Source: Nemertoderma westbladi (taxonomy: Eukaryota; Animalia; Xenacoelomorpha). From it: a stretch of 64,000 nucleotides of DNA. How positions within the stretch are numbered: position 1 is the stretch's first letter; every line of letters begins with the position of its first letter. A program made the translations under genes and the position numbers. Shown here piece after piece: positions 28,486 to 39,782 of this stretch. Under the pieces are notes generated by a model. That model made no database searches. It was not told where the DNA came from and was given only the letters and a program-made list of their open reading frames with translations. The DNA is taken from NCBI GenBank assembly GCA_032718475.1, contig JAUCBJ010008526.1, positions 1 to 64,000 of the forward strand. The letters run 5' to 3'.

Positions 28486-28736
28486 CTTATTTTCAACTCG
28501 TTCAGGTTTTGTAGGAAATCTTCCACCCTTTCTGCTTCTGTCACTTTCATCCAATCCAGATCGAGCCCTTGGCAATAGTGTTTACTCTTCCCTATGGTAA
28601 CCAAGGCAACGCACTCGTCGTTCTCCATAGCTTCGCTCAAGGCTTCTTGAAACCCCGCCACCCATTGGATGTTAATCAAGCATCCATCCATAGTTACTAT
28701 GGCTACACCATTGTCAAACGTAACAGTAAATCCCAT
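28486..28736 (-). CDS. Exon of a crotonase-superfamily enoyl-CoA delta-isomerase/hydratase-like gene (N-terminal part)
   Basis: MGFTVTFDNGVAIVTMD...ALVTIGKSKHYCQGLDLDWM matches the crotonase N-terminus, including the oxyanion-hole xGxDL motif. Ends at a phase-2 donor AG|GTAAAC (28486/28485). A pyrimidine-rich acceptor TTCACTCTTAG lies 11 nt before the ATG (exon start 28747). Confidence 0.85.
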
Positions 28737-29805
28737 ATCCGAAATATCTAAGAGTGAATAACGTTCAGGTATCTCTACATTGTAAATATAATTAAATAAT
28801 ATTACCCCAGGTTTCCTAACCTAATAACGGCGTGTTGCGTCAATAAGTTTTTGCACAACTTAATTATTTAGCATAAAAGTATGAGATGCCTCATTAAGGC
28901 TGAGGATTAAGGCCGAATGAGGCCCATTATTTGAGTAACATTTCTGCTTGAAGCATATCACTATTAGTATGACAACTATATATTTTTTAACAAAGATACG
29001 CCCCCAAGCGGGGCGAATAGTTTAATCAAGGAAACTAATAATAATAATTAATATTTATTCGGCGTCTTTTACGTTCAAAGGCGCAATGCGTTTGTTAAAA
29101 AAGCAATACACACTCCATCACTCAAATATAACAGACCAAATCAAAACAATAAGTTTAACAATACTGGCCGGAAGTAGCAGAACATATAACGTGGGGAAAG
29201 GGAAGATGACTTGGTTAGGGCAGGGCAAGCTAGTAGGTGGACCAATCAGTCCACTTACAGTGAGCCAGGGGCCAACAAAGCCCTAGCGAATGGCCTGGAC
29301 GCATGGCGTGATCTGTAGGACGACCAATGGGGGGTGGGGCATGTATGTATCAACCCATAGGCCGCCATTGGTGCGTTGACCTAATGGAAGCATAATATTG
29401 ATTGAGATTGTCCATACATTAATACATACATTCAATAATCACAGTTTAGTGGTTGGTATCCGTTCTTTTCCATTTATACTGAAGAACACAATTTAAAATT
29501 ACCGGTTTTAAATTAGAAAATACACCTGGGAAATTTAAGGTAAAAAGGTGTTGGTAAAAAATTACTTGCCATACTATATTAAGTAACTTTTGAGGTGACT
29601 TAAAATATTAAACAACTAAAGTATTACAAAATGCTACAGTATGTATGAAAAATATTTAATATAAAACAACATAATTAATCAGTATAATAATTGACCATAA
29701 TTAGGTGTGAAACCCAGTGAGGTAATTTTAACATGTGGAAATAATTATAAACACTCGTTGCCATTGTATACCACTGTAACCAGGTAAATACTGTTTGTGT
29801 TGCAG

Positions 29806-30005
29806 AGGTTTTTCATTGGGTCGGCCAGACAATTGAACCGAATAGAAGCGGTGTCTAGGAGTCCCATTTACAGTCACTTCCAGGAGACCCTTCAAGGGAC
29901 GTCTATTATTCGCGCCTTCAAATCCACAGAAACATTCAGTATGCAGACCCGCAAGTTAATTGATGGCAATATTGATTGTATTTACCCGTATCAGACAATA
30001 AACAG
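29806..30005 (+). CDS. ABCC/MRP1-like ABC transporter, internal exon (TMD2)
   Basis: TTGCAG| acceptor and |GTGAG donor, 200 bp. RFFIGSARQLNRIEAVSRSPIYSHFQETLQG matches the MRP RQLKRLESVSRSPVYSHF motif. Confidence 0.95.
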
Positions 30006-30049
30006 GTGAGTATTCGTAGTCACTCATATCAGACAGCAAACTGGTGAAG

Positions 30050-30368
30050 TAAAGTGAAAAAATATTTTCTTCGGCCGTTATAGGCCAGGGATTAAGCACA
30101 AAGTCTTATGACGGGGGGGGGGGGGGGGTAGTAGGAGTGGGGGTGTTATAACCCCCTTAATAACAGTGCTGACCCCCAGAACAATTAATACTCCCAAGAT
30201 CAAACTGGTACGCATTCAGCTAATATTTATGAAGAAAGGCAGATTGTCCCTTGAAAGCTTTCGTGTCAAAATGAAAACTACCCTGGCCCCTATGCGGGGA
30301 TCGAACCTACGACCTCCGCAAAGTTGTGAATTCAAGGCGATGGATTTAAGCACTACGCCAAGGAGGGC
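30050..30368 (-). mobile_element. tRNA-derived SINE
   Basis: Minus-strand head (30368-30284) GCCCTCCTTGGCGTAGTG...GGTTCGATCCCCGCATAGGGGCCA has A and B boxes but mismatched stems, followed by a non-tRNA body. The 3' boundary is approximate. Confidence 0.65.
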
Positions 30369-31382
30369 TGTCCAAGATTTGGAAGTCACACAGAATACGT
30401 CGGAAACTTAAGGTCCGATTATTTAGAGCAGCAGTTGTTTATGTTATCCTCTATGCGAGTCCATGCTTGGCTCTAACTGCTGAGGACACCAAATCTCTAG
30501 ATTATAACTTCAGGGATAATGACTGTAGAAAGGGTCTAATGCCACGGTTAACAAAAACAGTTTCTACATATTTATATGGCCATTTCATCCTCGCCTCACG
30601 GACGTCTTCAGTAAATAAATTAAAATAACATTAAAACACAATTTATAAACCTAAACCATCATATTAAATTGAACGTACGGTACAACCAATTATTATGCCA
30701 CCAAATTCCGATATAGACAGTATGATAGGATGTATTAGATTAACATATTTAGATACTGTATAATACTGTATGTAGGCCTAGAGATAGAATTGTAGGCTAC
30801 ATGTGTTGTTAAGGTATTAGTCGTTCAACTGTTAAAAATTTAAAAATAAAAAATAAAAATAAAAATAAAAAGGGTGCTAAATGAAGAGGTGTAAAAAGGG
30901 TGGGTAACGTTAAAACCATTAAATGATTAAAAATTGTTAAAAAATTTTGGTTCCAATATTAAGTCGTTGAATTAGAAATTTATAAATAAAAGTGAGGCTG
31001 GTAAAAGGGTAAAAAAATTCTAAAAAAATGTTGGTTCTGAAATAAAAAATCATTAAAAAATATATTTAAAAGAAGGGAAAGAATACCTAAGCCATGAGCT
31101 GCATAAAATTGAGGGGGATAAAAGGACACATATTACTGTTACTAAATAAAAGGAATCCCTACAAGATTACATGTTACAATTTTTAAAAAAGTAGCTGTAA
31201 TAATTACGAAGCAACATGCGTCCAGCAATTTCGTAACCACCAGCGTCGTATTCATACTGAAGCATTACTCATTAATTGCCACCGCCCACCCCTCAATAAA
31301 CTGGTACCACTTCTATAGAATGAAACTTCGACCCGATGGCTCGCCCCCACCTAACATTTGGATGTAACAAACTCACACCACC

Positions 31383-31436
31383 CATGGAATACTAAATATA
31401 CATGTATATATATATATGTATATTTAGTATTCCATG
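31383..31436. mobile_element. 54-bp palindromic mini-element (CATGGAATACTAAATATACAT...ATGTATATTTAGTATTCCATG) with a 7-bp TSD
   Basis: 21-bp perfect TIRs around a short TA run. CACCACC is duplicated at 31376-31382 and 31437-31443. Confidence 0.7.
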
Positions 31437-31989
31437 CACCACCTCTAATAATTAATTAACTGTGCAGTACGCTCTACTTGCTGTAATATACATTGTGTCA
31501 GCTAACTGTAATGTACGTACTATAGCCGAACCGAACATATTAGTATTCCGCAATAATTTTTATTGTCCGTTTAAATCCTTTTTTTGTCCTTTTTTTTTTA
31601 TTTTTTATGTCCTCCAAAAGTCTAATGTTAGGTTCCATGCTACCGGTTTCTCTACTGCTGTTCTCTCAGGCTATCAGTACCGGTATTAGTATATATAGCA
31701 CTATTTTGCTGTATTGTATGTACAGATGTAGGTATAAAGCAGGTATTTCTGTATTTTAGTACCGGTACCTGCACCGGTACTGCTATAGGCCTACTATGTA
31801 GCCTACCATTTAAATACGGTAATGGTAGGCCTACCGGTTGTGCTAATAAATTTTAAATGATTGATAGGCCAAACTGGATTGCAGGATTGTGGAAAATGTG
31901 GATATACCTTTCACATAATTTAGGCCTATTACTGTATTAGTTTTATAATCAATAATGGATCATGACTACTGTCTGAGTAGTGTTACGGA

Positions 31990-33170
31990 TAACCTGCTCC
32001 TTTCCCTGATTTGGTAAAGTGACTGTTTATTGTTTTGGTTAGAAAATCCGGACTTAACCTGCTCCTTTCCCTCAATTAGTTAAGTGATCGTTTATTGTTT
32101 TTGTTAGAAAATCCCGCCTCTGTAACCTGCTCCTTTCCCTCAATTGGTAATGTTATCGTTTATTGTTTTGGTTAGAAAATCCCGCCTCTGTAACCTGCCC
32201 CTTTCCCTCAATTAGTTAAATGATCGTTTATTGTTTTGGTTAGAAAATCCCGCCTCTGTAACCTGCTCCTTTCCCTCAATTAGTTAAGTGATCGTTTATT
32301 GTTTTGGTTAGAAAATTCCGCCTCTGTAACCTGTCCCTTTCCCTCAATTAGTTAAATGATCGTTTATTGTTTTGGTTAGAAAATCCCGCCTCTGTAACCT
32401 GCTCCTTTCCCTCAATAAGTTAAGTGATCGTGTATTGTTTTGGTTAGAAAATCCCGCCTCTGTAACCTGCTCCTTTCCCTCAATTAGTTAAGTGATCGTT
32501 TATTGTTTTGGTTAGAAAATCCGGACTTAACCTGCTCCTTTCCCTCAATTAGTTAAGTGATCGTTTATTGTTTTGGTTAGAAAATCCCGCCTCTGTAACC
32601 TGCTCCTTTCCCTCAATTGGTAATGTTATCGTTTATTGTTTTGGTTAGAAAATCCCGTCTCTGTAACCTGCTCCTTTCCCTCAATTAGTTAAATGATCGT
32701 TTATTGTTTTGGTTAGAAAATCCCGCCTCTGTAACCTGCCCCTTTCCCTCAATTAATTAAATGATCGTTTATTGTTTTGGTTAGAAAATCCCGCCTCTGT
32801 AACCTGCTCCTTTCCCTCAATTAGTTAAGTGATCGTTTATTGTTTTGGTTAGAAAATTCCGCCTCTGTAACCTGTCCCTTTCCCTCAATTAGTTAAATGA
32901 TCGTTTATTGTTTTGGTTAGAAAATCCCGCCTCTGTAACCTGCTCCTTTCCCTCAATAAGTTAAGTGATCGTGTATTGTTTTGGTTAGAAAATCCCGCCT
33001 CTGTAACCTGCTCCTTTCCCTCAATTAGTTAAGTGATCGTTTATTGTTTTGGTTAGAAAATCCCGTCTCTGTAACCTGCTCCTTTCCCTGATTTGGTAAA
33101 GTGACTGTTTATTGTTTTGGTTAGAAAACTTGGCCTTAACCTGCTCCTTTCCATCAATTGGTAATTGTTT
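31990..33170. repeat. 68-bp tandem repeat, ~17 units, inside the foldback element
   Basis: Unit TAACCTGCTCCTTTCCCTCAATTAGTTAAGTGATCGTTTATTGTTTTGGTTAGAAAATCCCGCCTCTG. A 65-bp variant recurs at 473-bp spacing (7-mer duplication). Confidence 0.97.
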
Positions 33171-34300
33171 TTGGCTATAAAATGAGTGTTTTGCTACGTC
33201 ATGTGGTAATCAATTATCGACAACAACCACAAAATATTAAATATAGAGTCTTTTTACCACAGGCGCATATGGAAATCTATCTCATAGTCTATAAATCATG
33301 GAATCATGGAATGTTTTGGCACAGGCATAGTGAAATCAACTGTCTGACAGTCCAGAAATCAGCAGTCTGACAGTTTGAAGAAATACATACATAAAAAGTC
33401 ATTAAAAGGACAATAAAAGTCATTAAAAGGACAACAAAAATCACTGCCTTAGTATTCAATAGGAAATACCAAAACAAAAACTTTTTTAAAAATTGTAACA
33501 TGTAATCTTATAGGGATTCCTTTTATTTAGTAACAGTAATATGTGTCCTTTTATCCCCCTCAATTTTATGCAGCTCATGGCTTAGGTATTCTTTCCCTTC
33601 TTTTAAATATATTTTTTAATGATTTTTTATTTCAGAACCAACATTTTTTATAATTTTTTTACCCTTTTACCAGCCTCACTTTTATTTATAAATTTCTAAT
33701 TCAACGACTTAATATTGGAACCAAAATTTTTTAACAATTTTTAATCATTTAATGGTTTTAACGTTACCCACCCTTTTTACACCTCTTCATTTAGCACCCT
33801 TTTTATTTTTATTTTTATTTTTTATTTTTAAATTTTTAACAGTTGAACGACTAATACCTTAACAACACATGTAGCCTACAATTCTATCTCTAGGCCTACA
33901 TACAGTATTATACAGTATCTAAATATGTTAATCTAATACATCCTATCATACTGTCTATATCGGAATTTGGTGGCATAATAATTGGTTGTACCGTACGTTC
34001 AATTTAATATGATGGTTTAGGTTTATAAATTGTGTTTTAATGTTATTTTAATTTATTTACTGAAGACGTCCGTGAGGCGAGGATGAAATGGCCATATAAA
34101 TATGTAGAAACTGTTTTTGTTAACCGTGGCATTAGACCCTTTCTACAGTCATTATCCCTGAAGTTATAATTATGGATACGCCACGAACGGCATCATTTCG
34201 ACTACTTTCCCATTTAATTATAAATCTCTAGATGGCACATTCACAAGAATGCTACGTCGGGTTCATTGTGTCAAGTACAATGCACACATCTCCAATCAGA

Positions 34301-35126
34301 ATCTGTATGATGTCGTTATTCAATAATGCCGATGTAAATTTGAGAGGATTGTGGATCTCAACAATACTAGTCACCGGATATTGGATTAGGGAGTGATGGA
34401 TAATGCATTCGATAAGGAAAAAGAACAAGTTGGGTTGAATCATAACATTTTTAATTCTAACTGATCGAGTTCTCTTGCGCTGATACACACTGATTCCAAA
34501 TATGGGACTCCCCAATACGCCAATATAAATAGAATATACACAATAATAATAAATGGGTTTTTTATAATAAGCCTATTATAGTACAAAATTATTTAGTCAG
34601 TCAGAATTTATTTAGATTTTAACCCACCAGAACTACGTTTGATACCCATCTGTCTGGTCAGTCTGTGTCCGTCATAAGTCGGTCATTAGGCCGTCGAAAA
34701 TCCATCAGTAGTCCGTCGGGTCTATCCCTCGTTTTGCCTAGTGTCACCCTAGGTCGAATCCTTTTCAAGCTCACCCTAGGCTCGGCTTGGGGTCCCCGCG
34801 TCTTTGTGACGCCTAGTGTCACCCTAGCCCGAATCCTTTTCAGGCTCGTGCTAGGCTGGCCGGCGCCACTCAGGCATTTGTCCCTTGGCAACCAGGAACT
34901 CTATCTGGAGTCAGATTGTACTTGAATTCTGGGAATTTGGGCCCCATTAAAAGCACTGAGTGGCGATTTTGTGTTTAGTCGTTATTAAAAATCGTCGTAA
35001 CTTTGTTAATTTTAACGGTTTTTTAACCGGTTTTTTGCACGCGGTGTCCTGGCCTTTTCGGAATATTCGATTATTGGAGTTTATAATTTTTATATATGCC
35101 CGGCACCGTAATTAAAAATAACGTGA
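34301..35126. other. Unclassified ~825-bp insertion interrupting the RTE fragment
   Basis: RTE homology stops at 34300 and resumes at 35127. The GC-richer core has GCCTAGTGTCACCCTAG twice and an inverted GCCACTCAG/CTGAGTGGC pair. No clear TSD or TIR. Confidence 0.6.
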
Positions 35127-35577
35127 ACACTATACAACATTGGAGGTGTTCCATTAGACTCCCCTAGCTTGACATTCTTGAACAGAACCGTCTCCGCTTT
35201 GTAGGACATTGCTTTCGCCATGAGGACTAGCCAGTGCATAATCTTGTGCTTTGGCGGCCTCATGGAGTGAATAAGCATGGTGGACAGCCCATGTCTTTCT
35301 TGCACCTTAAAGGTCACAGGCCTTGTTATGTAAATAAGCTGGCATGCATTCTTAATGTCCCGCTGTGGATTGCATGGTGGTGGCAAAATTATGGACGACC
35401 CCCTATTGCGTTGGTATTTATTTTAGTATTACAACTAATTTTAAAAATCGTAAATTGTATATAATATATATATTATATATATTATATTATGTATAATTTT
35501 GACATTATTTGCATTATATTTACAATTTTTGACATTTTTACATGATTTCACACTAAATCATTCTTTCCTATCCGTAG

Positions 35578-35704
35578 ATGGCTGTCATACCGTATTGAAT
35601 TCATTGGGAATCTCATCATTGTTGCTTCTGCCTTATTCGCTGTGGCTTCCAAAGAATCTCTGGGTCCTGCATTAGTTGGTCTATCCGTTCAGTTCGCAAT
35701 GAGT
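35578..35704 (+). CDS. ABCC/MRP1-like transporter exon (last TM helices); not in the ORF track
   Basis: CCGTAG| ... |GTGAGT, 127 bp, phase matches the previous exon. Translates (R)WLSYRIEFIGNLIIVASALFAVASKESLGPALVGLSVQFAMS. Confidence 0.95.
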
Positions 35705-35847
35705 GTGAGTGTCTGTATTACTCTGAGTCCAGCATTAATACAAACATAAAAACAAACAATTATTAGTAACAAAGTGACAACCACGATTATCAATCGGTGA
35801 CCTCCGGGTTGTAAGTTATTTAATTAATTTAGTTAATTTATTTTTAG

Positions 35848-36102
35848 ATCACTCAATCATTGGGTTTCATGGTTCGAATGTTCTCAGAAATGGAGGCGAA
35901 TATCGTAGCCGTAGAGCGAATCAAAGAGTACGGGGAGTTGGAGGCGGAAGCTGATTGGTCCTCCCCCGGGACGGATTCCCAGCTGGCAGCTGATTGGCCG
36001 AACTATGGACGTATTGAAATGAAAGATTTGTGTGTCCGTTACAGGGACGGGATGGAATTAGCGTTGAAAAACATTACCCTAACGGTTGAACCGGGAGAGA
36101 AG
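35848..36102 (+). CDS. ABCC/MRP1-like transporter exon (TMD2-NBD2 linker)
   Basis: TTTTAG| ... AAG|GTTAGT, 255 bp. ITQSLGFMVRMFSEMEANIVAVERIKEY...WPNYGRIEMKDLCVRYRDGMELALKNITLTVEPGEK. Confidence 0.96.
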
Positions 36103-39053
36103 GTTAGTTAATCTAATGGTTGAACTGGGAGAGAAGGTTAGTTAATCTAACGGTTGAACCGGGAGAGAAGGTTTTGTTAATCTAATGGTTGAACCGGGAG
36201 AGAAGGTTAGTTAATCTAATGGTTGAACTGGGAGAGAAGGTTAGTTAATCTAACGGTTGAACGGGAGAGAAGGTTAGTTAATCTAACGGTTGAACGGGAG
36301 AGAAGGTTAGTTAATCTAATGGTTGAACTGAGAGAGAAGGTTAGTTAATCTAACGGTTGAACGGGAGAGAAGGTTAGTTAATCTAACGGTTGAACCGGGA
36401 GAGAAGGTTAGTTAATCTAACGGTTGAACCGGGAGAGAAGGTTAGTTAATCTAATGGTTGAACTGGGAGAGAAGGATAGTTAATCTAACGGTTGAACTGG
36501 GGGAGAAGGTTAGTTAATCTAACGGTTGAACTGGGAGAGAAGGTTAGTTAATCTAACGGTTGAACGGGAGAGAAGGTTAGTTAATCTAACGGTTGAACGG
36601 GAGAGAAGGTTAGTTAATCTAACGGTTGAACTGGGAGAGAAGGTTAGTTAATCTAACGGTTGAATGGGAGAGAAGGTTAGTTAATCTAACGGTTGAACGG
36701 GAGAGAAGGTTAGTTAATCTAACGGTTGAACTGGGAGAGAAGGTTAGTTAATCTAACGGTTGAACTGGGGGAGAAGGTTAGTTAATCTAACGGTTGAACG
36801 GGAGAGAAGGTTAGTTAATCTAACGGTTGAACCGGGAGAGAAGGTTAGTTAATCTAATGGTTGAACTGGGAGAGAAGGATAGTTAATCTAACGGTTGAAC
36901 TGGGGGAGAAGGTTAGTTAATCTAACGGTTGAACTGGGAGATAAGGTTAGTTAATCTAACGGTTGAACGGGAGAGAAGGTTAGTTAATCTAACGGTTGAA
37001 CCGGGAGAGAAGGTTAGTTAATCTAATGGTTGAACTGGGAGAGAAGGATAGTTAATCTAACGGTTGAACTGGGGGAGAAGGTTAGTTAATCTAACGGTTG
37101 AACTGGGAGATAAGGTTAGTTAATCTAACGGTTGAACGGGAGAGAAGGTTAGTTAATCTAACGGTTAAACCGGGAGAGAAGGTTAGTTAATCTAATGGTT
37201 GAACCGGGAGAGAAGGTTAGTTAATCTAATGGTTGAACTGGGAGAGAAGGATAGTTAATCTAACGGTTGAACTGGGGGAGAAGGTTAGTTAATCTAACGG
37301 TTGAACCGAGAGAGAAGGTTAGTTAATCTAACGGTTGAACGGGAGAGAAGGTTAGTTAATCTAACGGTTGAACCGGGAGAGAAGGTTAGTTAATCTAACG
37401 GTTGAACCGGGAGAGAAGGTTAGTTAATCTAATGGTTGAACTGGGAGAGAAGGATAGTTAATCTAACGGTTGAACTGGGGGAGAAGGTTAGTTAATCTAA
37501 CGGTTGAACCGAGAGAGAAGGTTAGTTAATCTAACGGTTGAACGGGAGAGAAGGTTAGTTAATCTAACGGTTGAACCGGGAGAGAAGGTTAGTTAATCTA
37601 ACGGTTGAACCGGGAGAGAAGGTTAGTTAATCTAATGGTTGAACTGGGAGAGAAGGATAGTTAATCTAACGGTTGAACTGGGGGAGAAGGTTAGTTAATC
37701 TAACGGTTGAACCGAGAGAGAAGGTTAGTTAATCTAACGGTTGAACGGGAGAGAAGGTTAGTTAATCTAACGGTTGAACCGGGAGAGAAGGTTAGTTAAT
37801 TTAACGGTTGAACTGGGAGAGAAGGTTAGTTAATCTAATGGTTGAACTGGGAGAGAAGGTTAGTTAATCTAACGGTTGAACCGAGAGAGAAGGTTAGTTA
37901 ATCTAACGGTTGAACGGGAGAGAAGGTTAGTTAATCTAACGGTTGAACCGGGAGAGAAGGTTAGTTAATCTAACGGTTGAACTGGGAGAGAAGGTTAGTT
38001 AATCTAACGGTTGAACCGAGAGAGAAGGTTAGTTAATCTAACGGTTGAACGGGAGAGAAGGTTAGTTAATCTAACGGTTGAACCGGGAGAGAAGGTTAGT
38101 TAATCTAACGGTTGAACTGGGAGAGAAGGTTAGTTAATCTAACGGTTGAACCGAGAGAGAAGGTTAGTTAATCTAACGGTTGAACGGGAGAGAAGGTTAG
38201 TTAATCTAACGGTTGAACCGGGAGAGAAGGTTAGTTAATCTAATGGTTGAACTGGGAGATAAGGTTAGTTAATCTAACGGTTGAACTGGGAGAGAAGGTT
38301 AGTTAATCTAATGGTTGAACTGGGGGAGAAGGTTAGTTAATCTAACGGTTGAACCGAGAGAGAAGGTTAGTTAATCTAACGGTTGAACGGGAGAGAAGGT
38401 TAGTTAATCTAACGGTTGAACCGGGAGAGAAGGTTAGTTAATCTAACGGTTGAACTGGGAGAGAAGGTTAGTTAATCTAACGGTTGAACCGAGAGAGAAG
38501 GTTAGTTAATCTAACGGTTGAACGGGAGAGAAGGTTAGTTAATCTAACGGTTGAACCGGGAGAGAAGGTTAGTTAATCTAATGGTTGAACTGGGAGAGAA
38601 GGATAGTTAATCTTATGGTTGAACTGGGAGAGAAGGTTAGTTAATCTAACGGTTGAACTGGGGGAGAAGGTTAGTTAATCTAACGGTTGAACTGGGAGAG
38701 AAGGTTAGTTAATCTAACGGTTGAACTGGGAGAGAAGGATAGTTAATCTAACGGTTGAACCGGGAGAGAAGGTTAGTTAATCTAACGGTTGAACCGGGAG
38801 AGAAGGTTAGTTAATCTAACGGTTGAACGGGAGAGAAGGTTAGTTAATCTAACGGTTGAACTGGGAGAGAAGGATAGTTAATCTAACGGTTGAACTGGAG
38901 GAGAAGGTTAGTTAATCTAACGGTTGAACTGGGAGAGAAGGATAGTTAATCTAACGGTTGAACCGGGAGAGAAGGTTAGTTAATCTAATGGTTGAACTGA
39001 GAGAGAAGGTTAGTTAATCTAACGGTTGAACCGGGAGAGAAGGTTAGTTAATC
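36079..39053 (+). repeat. 34-bp tandem array, ~88 units, CTAACGGTTGAACCGGGAGAGAAG|GTTAGTTAAT; the first unit overlaps the ABCC exon end and donor
   Basis: Directly visible. Unit 1 is exon nt 36079-36102 plus intron nt 36103-36112. Confidence 0.99.
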
Positions 39054-39410
39054 CCCTTCTACCCCTTCCCTGCCTATTCGATTATTTCCACTCTATATTT
39101 TCCCATACACCTACGTACCTTTCCCCCCATCTACCCCTCTACTTTACCCACTGTCGTTCCCCTCTATCTTCCACCCCATACACCCCCCCCCCCCCCCCCC
39201 CCTCTATAATTCCAGATCTACCCCATACATCCCCCTCTGCCGCCACCCCCCCCCCCCCCCCCATCATGTCTCACGTTCCCCTTTTATTTTTGCACACCAC
39301 ACCAACTTTCCATTCTTTATTTCCCCCATCCCTTCTATATTACCACCCCCCCCCCCCCTTCCTTCTATATTTCCCCGATCCCATCTATATCCCCCCCCCC
39401 CCCACCCCCA
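39054..39410. repeat. C-rich low-complexity block with several poly-C runs before the Walker A exon
   Basis: Four runs of roughly 13-20 C in an otherwise pyrimidine-rich tract. Confidence 0.9.
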
Positions 39411-39413
39411 TAG

Positions 39414-39782
<369 letters not shown>

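Larger units (their letters stand above)
30501..34221. mobile_element. Non-autonomous foldback (MULE/FB-like) DNA element with ~690-bp inverted arms and an internal tandem array
   Basis: 30501-31192 is the near-perfect reverse complement of 33480-34170. Direct repeat AAATCTCTAG(A) at 30491-30500 and 34222-34231 flanks it. No transposase ORF is present. Confidence 0.88.
30371..35399 (+). mobile_element. Degenerate 3' fragment of an RTE retrotransposon split into three pieces (30371-30501, 34222-34300, 35127-35399) by two later insertions
   Basis: The pieces align colinearly with 43417-43883 of the RTE copy downstream, e.g. CGGAAACTTAAGGTCCGATTATTTAGAGCAGCAGT, CACAAGAATGCTACG and CCAGTGCATAATCTTGT. 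Confidence 0.9.

Noticed and set aside
30284-30368. Functional tRNA gene
   Set aside because: Acceptor and T stems are mismatched and it runs into a SINE-like body. The same applies to 44188-44263.
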